A stretch of DNA of 64,000 nucleotides from Candidatus Fibrimonadaceae bacterium (GCA_031281345.1 JAITFN010000076.1:5725-69724); one strand, 5' to 3'; shown: positions 40,442 to 49,296, counted from the stretch's first letter. Notes: generated by a model not told the origin, from the letters alone. Numbers and translations: made by a program.

Positions 40442-42220
40442 ATGAGAATACAATTCTCTAAAACCGCATTTGTGGTAAGCTTTGGGCTTGCCTTGGCTTT
40501 TACATTTGGCTGTTCTAGCGATTCGCCTTCTGGTCCAAGCGGTGGCGAACCAAGCCCAAAACCGAGTTCTGCTTCTGCTCCGCCACAACCGAGTAGTTCT
40601 AGCTCTGTAGTTGTTGGAACGCAATATTATGATGTTATACTTGGTAATTGGAATGCTTCTTGTCCTAATTTGAACGATTATCCTGAATTGCTGAATAATG
40701 TAATATCAATAACCGATGATTCTAGAAGTTTTATGCAGACTTGTTTGATAAATCCTGAATACTATACACAGAGCACTGGTTCTCAAGTTGCAAATTTTTT
40801 AGCAACAAATGGATTATCGGGGTATGCTAACGAATTTGATTTAAGAATTGCTACGTCATCATATAATGCAGCATATTTAATTTACATAAATACCAATAAT
40901 TATTACCGTGTTTTGATAATCAGTTATAGCAGTACAAATTTACAATCTTCTAGTAGTGGGCAGAGTAGTAACGCAAGTACTTTCATAGATACTCGCGATG
41001 GAGAAACCTATAGAATAGAAACTTTCAATTCATATACTTGGATGATTGAAGATTTAAGATTTGGATCTGGTATATATAATAAGAATGAAGCTTCTACTGC
41101 TTGCCCGAATGGTTGGCATTTGCCAGATAATCTAGAAGTAATTGCTTTACAATATATTTTACAATACAATTACATAAATATCTTCGATTTTATTTCTACC
41201 GATTATTGGTGGGGATCCGAGGGAGTTTGGTATGTGGATAATGGTAAAACACACACTGTTAAATGTGGTAAAGATTATAGTTCTACTTCTCCTTGCAGTT
41301 CGGCAGGTATGGGAAATAGTGCTTCTTGTGCGAGAACGGATCCATGCTTAATCTCATATCAGGGCTCTATTAATATTCCTGATAAAAAATATAGAATTCG
41401 TTGCGTGAAGGATCAATCCGTTGCACAAAGTTCCAGCTCTGCGGTGGTACATTCGTCAAGCTCAAAGCCGAGTAGTAGTTCTAGTGCACCGCCGAGCAGT
41501 TCGTCTCTTGCTCAGAGTTCTAGCTCTACGGTGGTGCCTTCATCAAGCAGTTCTTCCATTGTGCCAAGTTCAAGCTCCGTGATGGTGTCTTCGTCAAGCG
41601 TGGTTGTTTCGAGTAGTTCTTCTGTGGTTGTGGGGTTGTGCGATGGTTTTGTAGATGGTACACCAAGAGAGCATTACGGAAAAAGTAAAGCCCAGTTTTG
41701 TGATTCTCGCGATGGCAAAAAATATGTGTACGTGACCATAAGTACACGAACTTGGATGGCGGAGAATTTGAACTATCGCGGAACTGAACCAGATACATTG
41801 GGCAGATGCTACAACAATGATCCTACCCACTGCGACGAGTATGGTAGATTGTATAACTGGGAAGCGGCTACGAAATCTTGTCCAAAAGGGTGGCATTTGC
41901 CTGGCAATGCTGAATGGGATATGCTGTATCGTTATGTAGATGGTACAAGTGGCACGACAAGTCCTTACGGAAGTTCTACGGCAGGTACGTATTTAAAGGC
42001 GACTGGTCAGGACACGTATGGTTTTTCAGCTCTACAGGCTGGCTGCTACGGTGCTCAAGCTAACGGTGCCGATGCCTATGGAGGTTGGTGGACTGCTTCG
42101 GCATTGGATGGCAGTTACGCCTACTACCGTGGTGTAAGGACATCCGACCAAGCAGCCTATTATGGTGCTTATGGTGTTAAAAACACGTACTTGCTTAGTG
42201 TTCGTTGTGTGCGAGACTAA
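40442..42220 (+). CDS. Lipoprotein with S/P-rich linkers, one degenerate and one canonical FISUMP domain
   Basis: ORF 40340-42220. The ATG at 40442 is preceded by GGAGGT and gives MRIQFSKTAFVVSFGLALAFTFGCSS. The degenerate unit reads STFIDTRDGETYRIE...CPNGWHLPD...YRIRCVKD. A ~70-aa Ser-rich linker precedes a canonical unit ending LSVRCVRD. Confidence 0.8.
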   Translation: MRIQFSKTAFVVSFGLALAFTFGCSSDSPSGPSGGEPSPKPSSASAPPQPSSSSSVVVGTQYYDVILGNWNASCPNLNDYPELLNNVISITDDSRSFMQTCLINPEYYTQSTGSQVANFLATNGLSGYANEFDLRIATSSYNAAYLIYINTNNYYRVLIISYSSTNLQSSSSGQSSNASTFIDTRDGETYRIETFNSYTWMIEDLRFGSGIYNKNEASTACPNGWHLPDNLEVIALQYILQYNYINIFDFISTDYWWGSEGVWYVDNGKTHTVKCGKDYSSTSPCSSAGMGNSASCARTDPCLISYQGSINIPDKKYRIRCVKDQSVAQSSSSAVVHSSSSKPSSSSSAPPSSSSLAQSSSSTVVPSSSSSSIVPSSSSVMVSSSSVVVSSSSSVVVGLCDGFVDGTPREHYGKSKAQFCDSRDGKKYVYVTISTRTWMAENLNYRGTEPDTLGRCYNNDPTHCDEYGRLYNWEAATKSCPKGWHLPGNAEWDMLYRYVDGTSGTTSPYGSSTAGTYLKATGQDTYGFSALQAGCYGAQANGADAYGGWWTASALDGSYAYYRGVRTSDQAAYYGAYGVKNTYLLSVRCVRD

Positions 42221-42303
42221 TTTGTACCAATGGTGGTATAAACTTCGTCAAATCTTGTGTTCCCAAGGGTTTGACAATGGTGGAAAACATAGGAGAGTTG
42301 AAT

Positions 42304-42918
42304 ATGCGTGAAATAGATGAAGAAGAATATAAATCTCATTTTAAGACAGGCTTAACTAGCTGTCCAAAAGATATTCACAAAGAAGCCTATAAAATAGCCA
42401 ATGAAAATCGCAAATTTGAAATAGATAATTATTGGAAAAGAGCAAATTACTATTGGTTGTTTCAAATATCTGTTTATACAGGATATTTCTATTCCATTAC
42501 GGTACAAAATGATAAATATATTTGCAAACACCCTGGATTTATAATAGTTGGAATAACTTGCCTCGGATTTTTAACCGCTCTTGCGTGGTTTTTTTCTAAT
42601 AGAGGAAGCAAAAAGTGGCAGGAAAATTGGGAAAGCCATGTAGATAGTTTGGAAAACGAAATAACTGGACCTTTATATAAAACTACAAGTTGCAAAGAAA
42701 CTTGGTCTGTTTCCAGAATAAATGAAATAGTGAGCGGTTTTTCTATTGTAGTGTGGGTACTTTTAGGTATAGAAACTGTTTGCAGTTTTTTTAGTTGTAC
42801 TTTGCTCATAATATATTTAGTGGCAATGTGTGCAATCGCAGGTTCTTTCTATTTCTATGGAAAAGGTTTGAAAGATAGAGATAAAGAAATTCATTGGTTC
42901 AAAGTAGGAGAAGACTAA
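42304..42918 (+). CDS. Four-TM membrane protein (possibly RipA-family-like)
   Basis: ORF 42205-42918. The ATG at 42304 is preceded by AGGAGAG with a 5-nt spacer. Motifs NRKFEIDNYWKRANYYWLFQISVYTGYF and FSNRGSKKWQENWESHVDSLENEITGPLYK. Two further C-terminal TM helices. Confidence 0.6.
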   Translation: MREIDEEEYKSHFKTGLTSCPKDIHKEAYKIANENRKFEIDNYWKRANYYWLFQISVYTGYFYSITVQNDKYICKHPGFIIVGITCLGFLTALAWFFSNRGSKKWQENWESHVDSLENEITGPLYKTTSCKETWSVSRINEIVSGFSIVVWVLLGIETVCSFFSCTLLIIYLVAMCAIAGSFYFYGKGLKDRDKEIHWFKVGED

Positions 42919-42919
42919 A

Positions 42920-43210
42920 ATGAGTGAATATGAAAGTAAGGATTTAGATGATATTCTTTTAGATACGGTTAAAGAATTAAACGGTATCGTAAAAGAACGG
43001 GTAAAAAAGCTAAAAGAAATTGAATTAAACGAGGGAAAGAAATTTGATGAAGATTTTTCAGATACAGTTAAGAAATTAAACCAAATCGTGAAGATACACG
43101 AACAAATCAAAATATCAAAATTCAATACTTGCTACAAATATCTTATAATTCCGATAATATTACTCGCTTTATGTGTAGTAATTTTTCTTTGTTGGGCGGG
43201 ATGTAGATGA
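42920..43210 (+). CDS. Small tail-anchored coiled-coil protein
   Basis: 96 aa starting 1 nt after the upstream stop, with an AGGAG upstream. Internal duplication DTVKELNGIVKE / DTVKKLNQIVKI. C-terminal TM YLIIPIILLALCVVIFLCWAGC. Confidence 0.55.
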   Translation: MSEYESKDLDDILLDTVKELNGIVKERVKKLKEIELNEGKKFDEDFSDTVKKLNQIVKIHEQIKISKFNTCYKYLIIPIILLALCVVIFLCWAGCR

Positions 43211-43232
43211 ATAGGTTGTTGGGAGGTAGAAA

Positions 43233-43757
43233 ATGGAAAAAGATAAAATTATCTCAACTATACTAAAAAATATATTACCGGAAATAAAAGAGTATTTTCC
43301 GTATCTTATATTTATTCTATGGGCTTCATCTCTAATATGTGTATTCCTTCCAGAATGCTACTTAGAAAAATTATACTTAAAAGAATTTAGAGAAGAAAGA
43401 AAAGAATGGTTTGGAATGTCATTCATAGTATTATCTGCATCTATTTTTGTTATAGTATCATTTGATAGATGGGAACTATTTAAAATCAATAAAACTATAA
43501 AAAATATGGATTTTCCCGAATTGAATATATTGTATCAATATTTTTACAAAACAAATATAAATACTATGTCGCTTAGTAAAAATACTCCAACTGTTAGTTG
43601 TTTAGAATATAGGGGGATTATATTAAAGATATTAACTGGAACTGATAAAGCGTATTATTCTATAAATCCCTATTATAAAAAAGCATTGTTCAAACGTTTG
43701 AAAAAAGAAGCAAATAATATAGAGAATATGAATGTTCTTGCATCTAAGGAGGAATAA
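43233..43757 (+). CDS. Superinfection-exclusion protein B (SieB)-like 2-TM protein
   Basis: 174 aa with GGGAGG upstream. The N-terminal hairpin reads PYLIFILWASSLICVFLPECYLEKLYLKEFREERKEWFGMSFIVLSASIFVIV. The C-terminal part LNILYQYFYKTNINTMSLSKNTPTVSCLEYRGIILKI fits my recollection of PF14163 members (LFLP---L-KL-L-EF---Y---IG; L---E--IL--F------L-L-----V--L---GII). Confidence 0.5.
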   Translation: MEKDKIISTILKNILPEIKEYFPYLIFILWASSLICVFLPECYLEKLYLKEFREERKEWFGMSFIVLSASIFVIVSFDRWELFKINKTIKNMDFPELNILYQYFYKTNINTMSLSKNTPTVSCLEYRGIILKILTGTDKAYYSINPYYKKALFKRLKKEANNIENMNVLASKEE

Positions 43758-43758
43758 A

Positions 43759-44919
43759 ATGGAAATAGGGATTATTTTTGTTGTTATTATTGGTATTGGG
43801 CTTGTTTCATTTATAATACTTAAAATAAAAAATCATTCTAATAATTTGAACGAGTTAAAAGAAGAATTGCAAGAAAATAAGCACGATATTAACCGTACCA
43901 TCGCAGACTATACCGAAGTTCTCAAAATATATCCTAATGATTATGAGATACTGAAACTTCGTGGCAATGCGTACTGGAACGAAGGCTATATTGACCGTGC
44001 CATTGCGGACTATACCGAAGCTCTCAAAATAAAGCCTGATGATTATGATGTACTGAAACTTCGTGGCAATGCGTACTGGAACATAGGCGATATTGACCGT
44101 GCCGTTGCGGACTATACCGAAGTTCACAAAATAAAGCCTGATGATTATGAGATACTGAAACTTCGTGGTATTATGTACGAGGACAATGCCGATTTTGACC
44201 GTGCCATTACGGACTATACTGAAACTCTCAAAATAAAGCCTAAAGACTACGATGTCCTATACTTGCGTGGCAGAGTGTATGACGACCACAAAGGCAATTT
44301 TGACCGTGCCATCGCAGATTATACTGAACTACTTAGAATAAGTCCTGATAATAGAGAGATACTGAAACTTCGTCATGATGCGTATTGTAAAAAGGGCGAT
44401 TTTGACCGTGCCATTGCAAATTATAATGAATTACTCAGAATAGATACTGATGATGCCGACACTCTAATATTGCGTAGCGATGCGTATCGTAAAAAGGGCG
44501 ATTTTGACCGTGCCATCTCAGATTGTAACGAAGCTCTTAAAATAATAATAATAAAGGAAGCTCTTGAAATATCAGACCTAACTCGAATGCTTTATAACTT
44601 TTGGAAATGCGATATTTTGGAGCACCGTGGCATGGCGTATGCCGACAAAGGTGATTTTGACCAAGCTATTATGGACTATACCAAAGCTCTCAAAATAATA
44701 AAGATTTATATTTATGGTAAGGATAAGATACTGAAACTTCGTAGCAATGCGTATTACTTAAAAGGTAGCTATAACCAGGCCATTAAGGATTTGAAAGCAG
44801 TATTAAAAATTAATCCGTATGATGTTGACGCTATAAAAAGTCTCAAAGAAATTCGTCAAAAGAATGGTTGGAAAATAAGAAAATTGATATGGAATATCAA
44901 AAATTTGAGATTCAAATGA
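43759..44919 (+). CDS. Membrane-anchored TPR-repeat protein
   Basis: ORF 43732-44919. The ATG at 43759 is preceded by AAGGAGGA and follows the upstream stop by 1 nt. An N-terminal TM (MEIGIIFVVIIGIGLVSFIIL) is followed by about ten 34-aa units (DRAIADYTEALKIKPDDYDVLKLRGNAYWN-G). Confidence 0.8.
   Translation: MEIGIIFVVIIGIGLVSFIILKIKNHSNNLNELKEELQENKHDINRTIADYTEVLKIYPNDYEILKLRGNAYWNEGYIDRAIADYTEALKIKPDDYDVLKLRGNAYWNIGDIDRAVADYTEVHKIKPDDYEILKLRGIMYEDNADFDRAITDYTETLKIKPKDYDVLYLRGRVYDDHKGNFDRAIADYTELLRISPDNREILKLRHDAYCKKGDFDRAIANYNELLRIDTDDADTLILRSDAYRKKGDFDRAISDCNEALKIIIIKEALEISDLTRMLYNFWKCDILEHRGMAYADKGDFDQAIMDYTKALKIIKIYIYGKDKILKLRSNAYYLKGSYNQAIKDLKAVLKINPYDVDAIKSLKEIRQKNGWKIRKLIWNIKNLRFK
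43891..44530. repeat. 102-bp coding tandem repeats (TPR units), first three near-identical
   Basis: For example, 43993-44094 versus 44095-44196 share gaccgtgcc(a/g)ttgcggactataccgaag(c/t)tc(t/a)caaaataaagcctgatgattatga. Units degenerate further downstream. Confidence 0.7.
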
Positions 44920-45069
44920 AAAAAGATACTCTTATTTATCATTATTGCAGCTTGACAAAGACAAGGTTAAAGAATTGCTTTACCCTAAAAAATTTTCCCA
45001 AATGGGGTAGCGAACCACTAAAAACCGCAATATGTCCAAAAGTGGTTGGCATATGCACGTTGGTTTCGG

Positions 45070-45486
45070 CTACGTTTCCTCAAGTATTTCCATAAATTTT
45101 GAAAACGAAACTATTTCTGTTTGCTCGTATTTTCCAAGTGCCAATAAATCTTTATCCCCTGTAAGCAAAAAATTTGCTCCAACTGCGGCAGACAATGCAA
45201 GCAAATACAAATCATCCTGATCTTTAAACTCTGGCATAACAACATCATCAACTGGATCAGCAACGCAGTATTTTTTAATAATATCAAATACAATAAGAAT
45301 ACTTTCTTCGTCTTGAATATATTTTTTTACTTTTGCTCGCGAACTTACATCTAGATATTCTTCTACGATTTTATGACTGCTAACAATAACGACATTTTTG
45401 TTTAGGCATAAATCCTTTATTTTTTTTAATCTTTTGCTTATAAGAAGAGAAACCCATAAATTTGTGTCTATAACTATTTTATACAT
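45070..45486 (-). CDS. PIN-domain toxin (PIN_3 / TIGR00305-like)
   Basis: 138 aa. Motifs MYKIVIDTNLWVSLLIS ... DQDDLYLLALSAAVGANFLLTGDKDLLALGKY. Confidence 0.75.
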   Translation of the reverse strand: MYKIVIDTNLWVSLLISKRLKKIKDLCLNKNVVIVSSHKIVEEYLDVSSRAKVKKYIQDEESILIVFDIIKKYCVADPVDDVVMPEFKDQDDLYLLALSAAVGANFLLTGDKDLLALGKYEQTEIVSFSKFMEILEET

Positions 45487-45734
45487 AAGCGTTTTGATAT
45501 GGATTTCCTCATTTTTTCAGTTTTCTTTAAATCTTCTTCCCAATTCCTATTAAGTTTGCCGTACTTATTCCCATATCTAACCATATTAACCTCTTCCTGA
45601 ATTTCTTCGTCTGTAAGAGAAACATTTTTTGAACATATTTTTTCAAGTTTTTCAAAAAGATAGCTACACTGCCCAGCTAATTCTGAATAATTAGCTTCTG
45701 TTGTCAAAGTTTTTTTAGCGGTCATTGTAGTCAT
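45474..45734 (-). CDS. Putative cognate antitoxin of the PIN toxin
   Basis: 86 aa. Overlaps the PIN start by 13 nt. No family recognised. Confidence 0.45.
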   Translation of the reverse strand: MTTMTAKKTLTTEANYSELAGQCSYLFEKLEKICSKNVSLTDEEIQEEVNMVRYGNKYGKLNRNWEEDLKKTEKMRKSISKRLCIK

Positions 45735-45788
45735 TTTTTACCTCTAAAGAGAATATAGAAAATATTCGTGTCTATGAAATAACGCATT

Positions 45789-45920
45789 TTACCTCATAAC
45801 TGCACGCATATCGTGGATAATTAAAGGTTCGCCATTTGGATGTTTTAAACGCCACAAAGCATATTTTGACAATTTTTTAGGTTTTGCCTTAACTTGTTTT
45901 TTTTCTGCTATCTTCATCAT
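45789..45920 (-). CDS. Small basic ORF (43 aa), function unknown
   Basis: MMKIAEKKQVKAKPKKLSKYALWRLKHPNGEPLIIHDMRAVMR, with AGGAG 5 nt upstream. Lies 54 nt upstream of 45474-45734 on the same strand. Confidence 0.3.
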   Translation of the reverse strand: MMKIAEKKQVKAKPKKLSKYALWRLKHPNGEPLIIHDMRAVMR

Positions 45921-46074
45921 AATGTCTCCTATTAAGTTAATTTACTATACAAATATAACAAAATTTCTGTCAATATAGCCAAAAAAAGTGAAAGGTTGTG
46001 CATTTGGCATACAACTGTTGCCAAATTCGCGGCTTTTGCAATGGCATTTTATAATATTTAGAAATTTCTACATT

Positions 46075-47697
46075 ATGGCTATGCCTAATATAAATGTCTC
46101 AGAAATTTGGAAACAAATACAAGTCCCGGATTTTAACCCAGAACGTGATGCGGCACTTGTGGAACAGGTAAAGCAAGCGGCAATTAGTTCAACTGAGCCT
46201 GCTGTTGTGAGTTTTGGCACAAGCGGTTGGCGCGGTGAAATAGGTTCTGAATTCACGCTTAAAAATATTCAGGTTGTGGCAAAAGCCATTTTGCAAGTTT
46301 ACAGAGATGCAGATGCAACCACTTTTGAAGCACTAGGCGTAAATTCTTTTGAAGAATTGCAAACAAAAGGTTTGGTGCTTGGACACGATAACCGCTTGCT
46401 CGGCAAAGAATTCTGCGAAGTTGTGGCAGACCAATTCATAAAAGCTGGCATAAAGGTTTATTATGGCGGCGAAATGCCAACACCGGAATTCAGTGCAGCC
46501 ATAGAGCTTTTGGGTGCGGCTTGCTCGGTGAATATGACACCTTCCCATAATCCAAATCATTACAATGGAATAAAATTCAATCCGGCAGACGGAGGCCCAG
46601 CAGGTCCAGAAATCACGGATAAAATAACCGCTAATTCAAACAACCTAATGAAAACCCACGTCCTAGAAGAAATGGGTAGCATAAATTGGGAAATAATAGA
46701 CCCAATTAAAATCTATAAGTTATTCTCAGAAAAACAGGGAACAATAAAATACGGAAGAATTCAATCCTTGCTCTCAAAAGAAAGCATAGACTTGGTGTGC
46801 GACCACGTTCACGGCTCAACAAGAGGCAGGCCTGCCGCATTTTTGAACAACCCTCAGTGCCTAACCAGCCTAAGAACCGAAACAGACCCCTTGTTTGGCG
46901 GCATTGCTCCAGAACCATCTTCTAAAAACCTAGCTGGCGTAAAGCGTATTTTAGATGAAAGCAAAAGCCGCTTTCGCATAGGTGCAATTTTTGACCCAGA
47001 CGGCGATCGCATTCGCTTTTACGATGGCACAAGAGAAATAGATATGAACAGTTTTGGCGCGCTGGCTTTTCACTATATGGTGACTTGGCGCAAAGAAGAA
47101 GGCGTTTTAGCAAAATCTGTTGCAACATCCAATTTTGCAAATATCATAGCAACAAAACTAGGCATACCTGTTATGGAAACCCCTGTTGGCTTTAAAAACT
47201 TTCGCCCTTGGTTAAAGAGAAACGCAAATCCAAAAGCCTTGATAGCCTTTGAGGAATCCGATGGCATAACAGGACTGAACAATACCTTGGAAAAAGACGC
47301 TTGTTTTGGGCTTTTGCTTGCACTTGAAATTATGGCTGTAACAGGCAAAAACCTAGGCGAATACTTAGACCTTTTATACGCAGAATATGGCCGTCTATAC
47401 CCCGAACGCTCTGGCTTTGAGGTGGACAAATCTTTGGTTGGCGCTCCCCTATTGGATAAGGTTCAAAAAATAGCAGAGTCTGCGCAACCTGGCACGCAAA
47501 TTTCTGTGGGCAGCAAAAACAAAAGTGTCAAAGAACTGATAACCATAGACGGCGTTAAAATAATATTCACAGATGATTCTTGGATGCTAATCCGCCCAAG
47601 CGGAACAGAACCAAAAGTTCGCATTTACGCCGAATGCCGCGACCTAGAAGAAAAAGAAGATATGTTTAAAACAGCACAAAAATTATTTTTTAGCTGA
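46075..47697 (+). CDS. Alpha-D-phosphohexomutase family protein (phosphoglucomutase/phosphomannomutase)
   Basis: ORF 45988-47697. The likely start is MAMPNINVSE. Motifs FGTSGWRGE, active-site loop MTPSHNPNHYNGIKF, FDPDGDRIRF, GFEESDG-like FEESDGITG, IRPSGTEPKVRIY. Confidence 0.8.
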   Translation: MAMPNINVSEIWKQIQVPDFNPERDAALVEQVKQAAISSTEPAVVSFGTSGWRGEIGSEFTLKNIQVVAKAILQVYRDADATTFEALGVNSFEELQTKGLVLGHDNRLLGKEFCEVVADQFIKAGIKVYYGGEMPTPEFSAAIELLGAACSVNMTPSHNPNHYNGIKFNPADGGPAGPEITDKITANSNNLMKTHVLEEMGSINWEIIDPIKIYKLFSEKQGTIKYGRIQSLLSKESIDLVCDHVHGSTRGRPAAFLNNPQCLTSLRTETDPLFGGIAPEPSSKNLAGVKRILDESKSRFRIGAIFDPDGDRIRFYDGTREIDMNSFGALAFHYMVTWRKEEGVLAKSVATSNFANIIATKLGIPVMETPVGFKNFRPWLKRNANPKALIAFEESDGITGLNNTLEKDACFGLLLALEIMAVTGKNLGEYLDLLYAEYGRLYPERSGFEVDKSLVGAPLLDKVQKIAESAQPGTQISVGSKNKSVKELITIDGVKIIFTDDSWMLIRPSGTEPKVRIYAECRDLEEKEDMFKTAQKLFFS

Positions 47698-47706
47698 AAA
47701 TCCATA

Positions 47707-49296
47707 GTGCTTCACACTCTAATACTAGCTGCAGGACTAGGAACAAGGCTCCGCCCCTTAACCGAGCGAATAGCAAAACCCCTTATTCCCATAGCGGATA
47801 ACTGCCCCCTTGGGCGGCAAGCATTGCTTGCAAAAAAAATAGGTTCCAAAAAAATTCACGCAAACGCTCACCATTTGGCAGAGCAAGTACAAAACGCAGC
47901 CACAGAACTCGGTATTGACAAGGTTTGGTATGAGAGAGAAATTTTGGGAACAGGTGGCCCAATTCAAAGAATGTATAATGAAGGTGAGAGAGGCGAGCTA
48001 CTTGTTTTGAATGGAGACTGCGAACACAATTTGGATATAGAAACATTTTTGGAACAAGCGAGAAATTCAGGAGCTACTTGCGCACTTCTCGCAATAGACA
48101 ACCCAGAAGTAAATACGCTCTGCATTAAAGACGGACATTTGGTTGGCATAGAAAATAGATTTGGTGAAAAAGGAACTGAAAACGCAACATTCACAGGCAT
48201 ATCTTGGTATTCAGAAAAAGCTTGGGAACAAGTTGCAGAAAAAGATATAAGAGATTTTTGGGCAAAACTGATAAAAAAAGGCGAAAATCCTTTTGTGCAA
48301 ATAGCAGATAAAAATTCACTTTGGATAGATATTGGCTCCCCAGAAGGCTTGATGAAAGCAGTGTCTAACAAAAACCCAGATTCTTTTGCTACCGCTGGTT
48401 CCGCTGGTTCTGGAAGAAAATATTACAGAATGGAATGTGCTGGGTATTCTCTGATTTTGCAGCAGTCTTACGAAGGAGACCAAGATTTTGAGCGTTTTGT
48501 CCGTTACGGAAAATTGTTCAACACGTTGGAACTCCCAACACCGGAAATTTACGCCGTTGACGAAAAAGAAAAGCGTGTTGTTATGCAAGATTTGGGTTCT
48601 GTTAGGCTCTGCGATGCCACGCAACCAATGCTCCACTACGGAGCCGTTTTGGAAAAGCTGATTGTTTGGCAAGAGGCGAGCGAGCGAGCCTTTTCCCTTG
48701 ACAATGAACTCGCAAACAGAATTTTTGACGAAAACTATTATCTTTGGGAAACATCTTACTTTGCAGAAAACTATTTGCAAGCACATTTAGGATACACCGA
48801 AATCCCAGCGGATTTATCCGCATTTCTCAAAGACTTGGCAAAGAAAGCAATAGCACAGCCAAAAGTTTTGATGCACAGAGATTTTCAGTCGCAAAACATA
48901 ATGATTTATGGCGAAAATAAAATTGCCTTCATAGATTTTCAAGGTGCAAGGAACGGTTCAATTTACTATGACGTAGCTTCTCTGTTGTGGGATCCGTATA
49001 TGATGATTCCAGCAGAAACTGTTAAACATTTGTTTGAACTTTGGTTTAGTGCAAATCCTCTTTTGAAAAGCGTTTCGTTTGAAAATGCTTGGGAAGATTT
49101 TTTAGTAGCAAGCACTCAGAGAATTATGCAAGCTCTCGGAGCTTATTGTTTTTTGAGCAAGAAAAAAGGGATAAAATCTTTTGAGCAGTATATAGAGCCT
49201 GGGGCTAAAAGATTGGGGGAGATTTTAATTAAATCTGAGCATCACGGCCATTTCAAAGGAAAGGGTTTGGCGGGTATGGGCTTCGCCACCTTGTAG
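47707..49296 (+). CDS. Bifunctional sugar-1-phosphate nucleotidyltransferase / sugar kinase (MurU-like plus AmgK-like fusion)
   Basis: 529 aa with a GTG start. The N-terminus reads LILAAGLGTRLRPLTERIAKPLIPI (NTP-transferase). The C-terminus reads LMHRDFQSQNIMI ... FIDFQGARNGSIYYDVASLLWDPY (APH-type kinase as in AmgK). Confidence 0.6.
   Translation: MLHTLILAAGLGTRLRPLTERIAKPLIPIADNCPLGRQALLAKKIGSKKIHANAHHLAEQVQNAATELGIDKVWYEREILGTGGPIQRMYNEGERGELLVLNGDCEHNLDIETFLEQARNSGATCALLAIDNPEVNTLCIKDGHLVGIENRFGEKGTENATFTGISWYSEKAWEQVAEKDIRDFWAKLIKKGENPFVQIADKNSLWIDIGSPEGLMKAVSNKNPDSFATAGSAGSGRKYYRMECAGYSLILQQSYEGDQDFERFVRYGKLFNTLELPTPEIYAVDEKEKRVVMQDLGSVRLCDATQPMLHYGAVLEKLIVWQEASERAFSLDNELANRIFDENYYLWETSYFAENYLQAHLGYTEIPADLSAFLKDLAKKAIAQPKVLMHRDFQSQNIMIYGENKIAFIDFQGARNGSIYYDVASLLWDPYMMIPAETVKHLFELWFSANPLLKSVSFENAWEDFLVASTQRIMQALGAYCFLSKKKGIKSFEQYIEPGAKRLGEILIKSEHHGHFKGKGLAGMGFATL

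Noticed and set aside
42205-42303. Upstream extensions of track ORFs (42205, 5866, 40340, 45988, 56830, 57492, 36670, 4484, 2453)
   Set aside because: In each case an internal ATG yields a canonical signal peptide or N-terminus and is preceded by an SD or a TTCTATATT box. The extension overlaps the upstream gene or runs through promoter-like DNA; at 56830 it runs through the G16 tract.
43891-44530. CRISPR-like regular repeats (also 35843-36024 and 26074-26102)
   Set aside because: The 102-bp and ~39-51-bp repeats are in-frame coding repeats (TPR units and Ser-rich linkers) with no unique spacers. The 12-bp repeats at 26074 are far too short and too few. No cas genes are present.
45033-45059. 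FISUMP-like scar tgtccaaaagtggttggcatatgcacg (compare TGTCCAAATGGTTGGCATTTGCC, CPNGWHLP) just downstream of the four-gene operon
   Set aside because: The match is only about 27 nt and contains an indel, which is too short to exclude chance. I mention it only as weak support for the operon having landed in or beside a former FISUMP gene.
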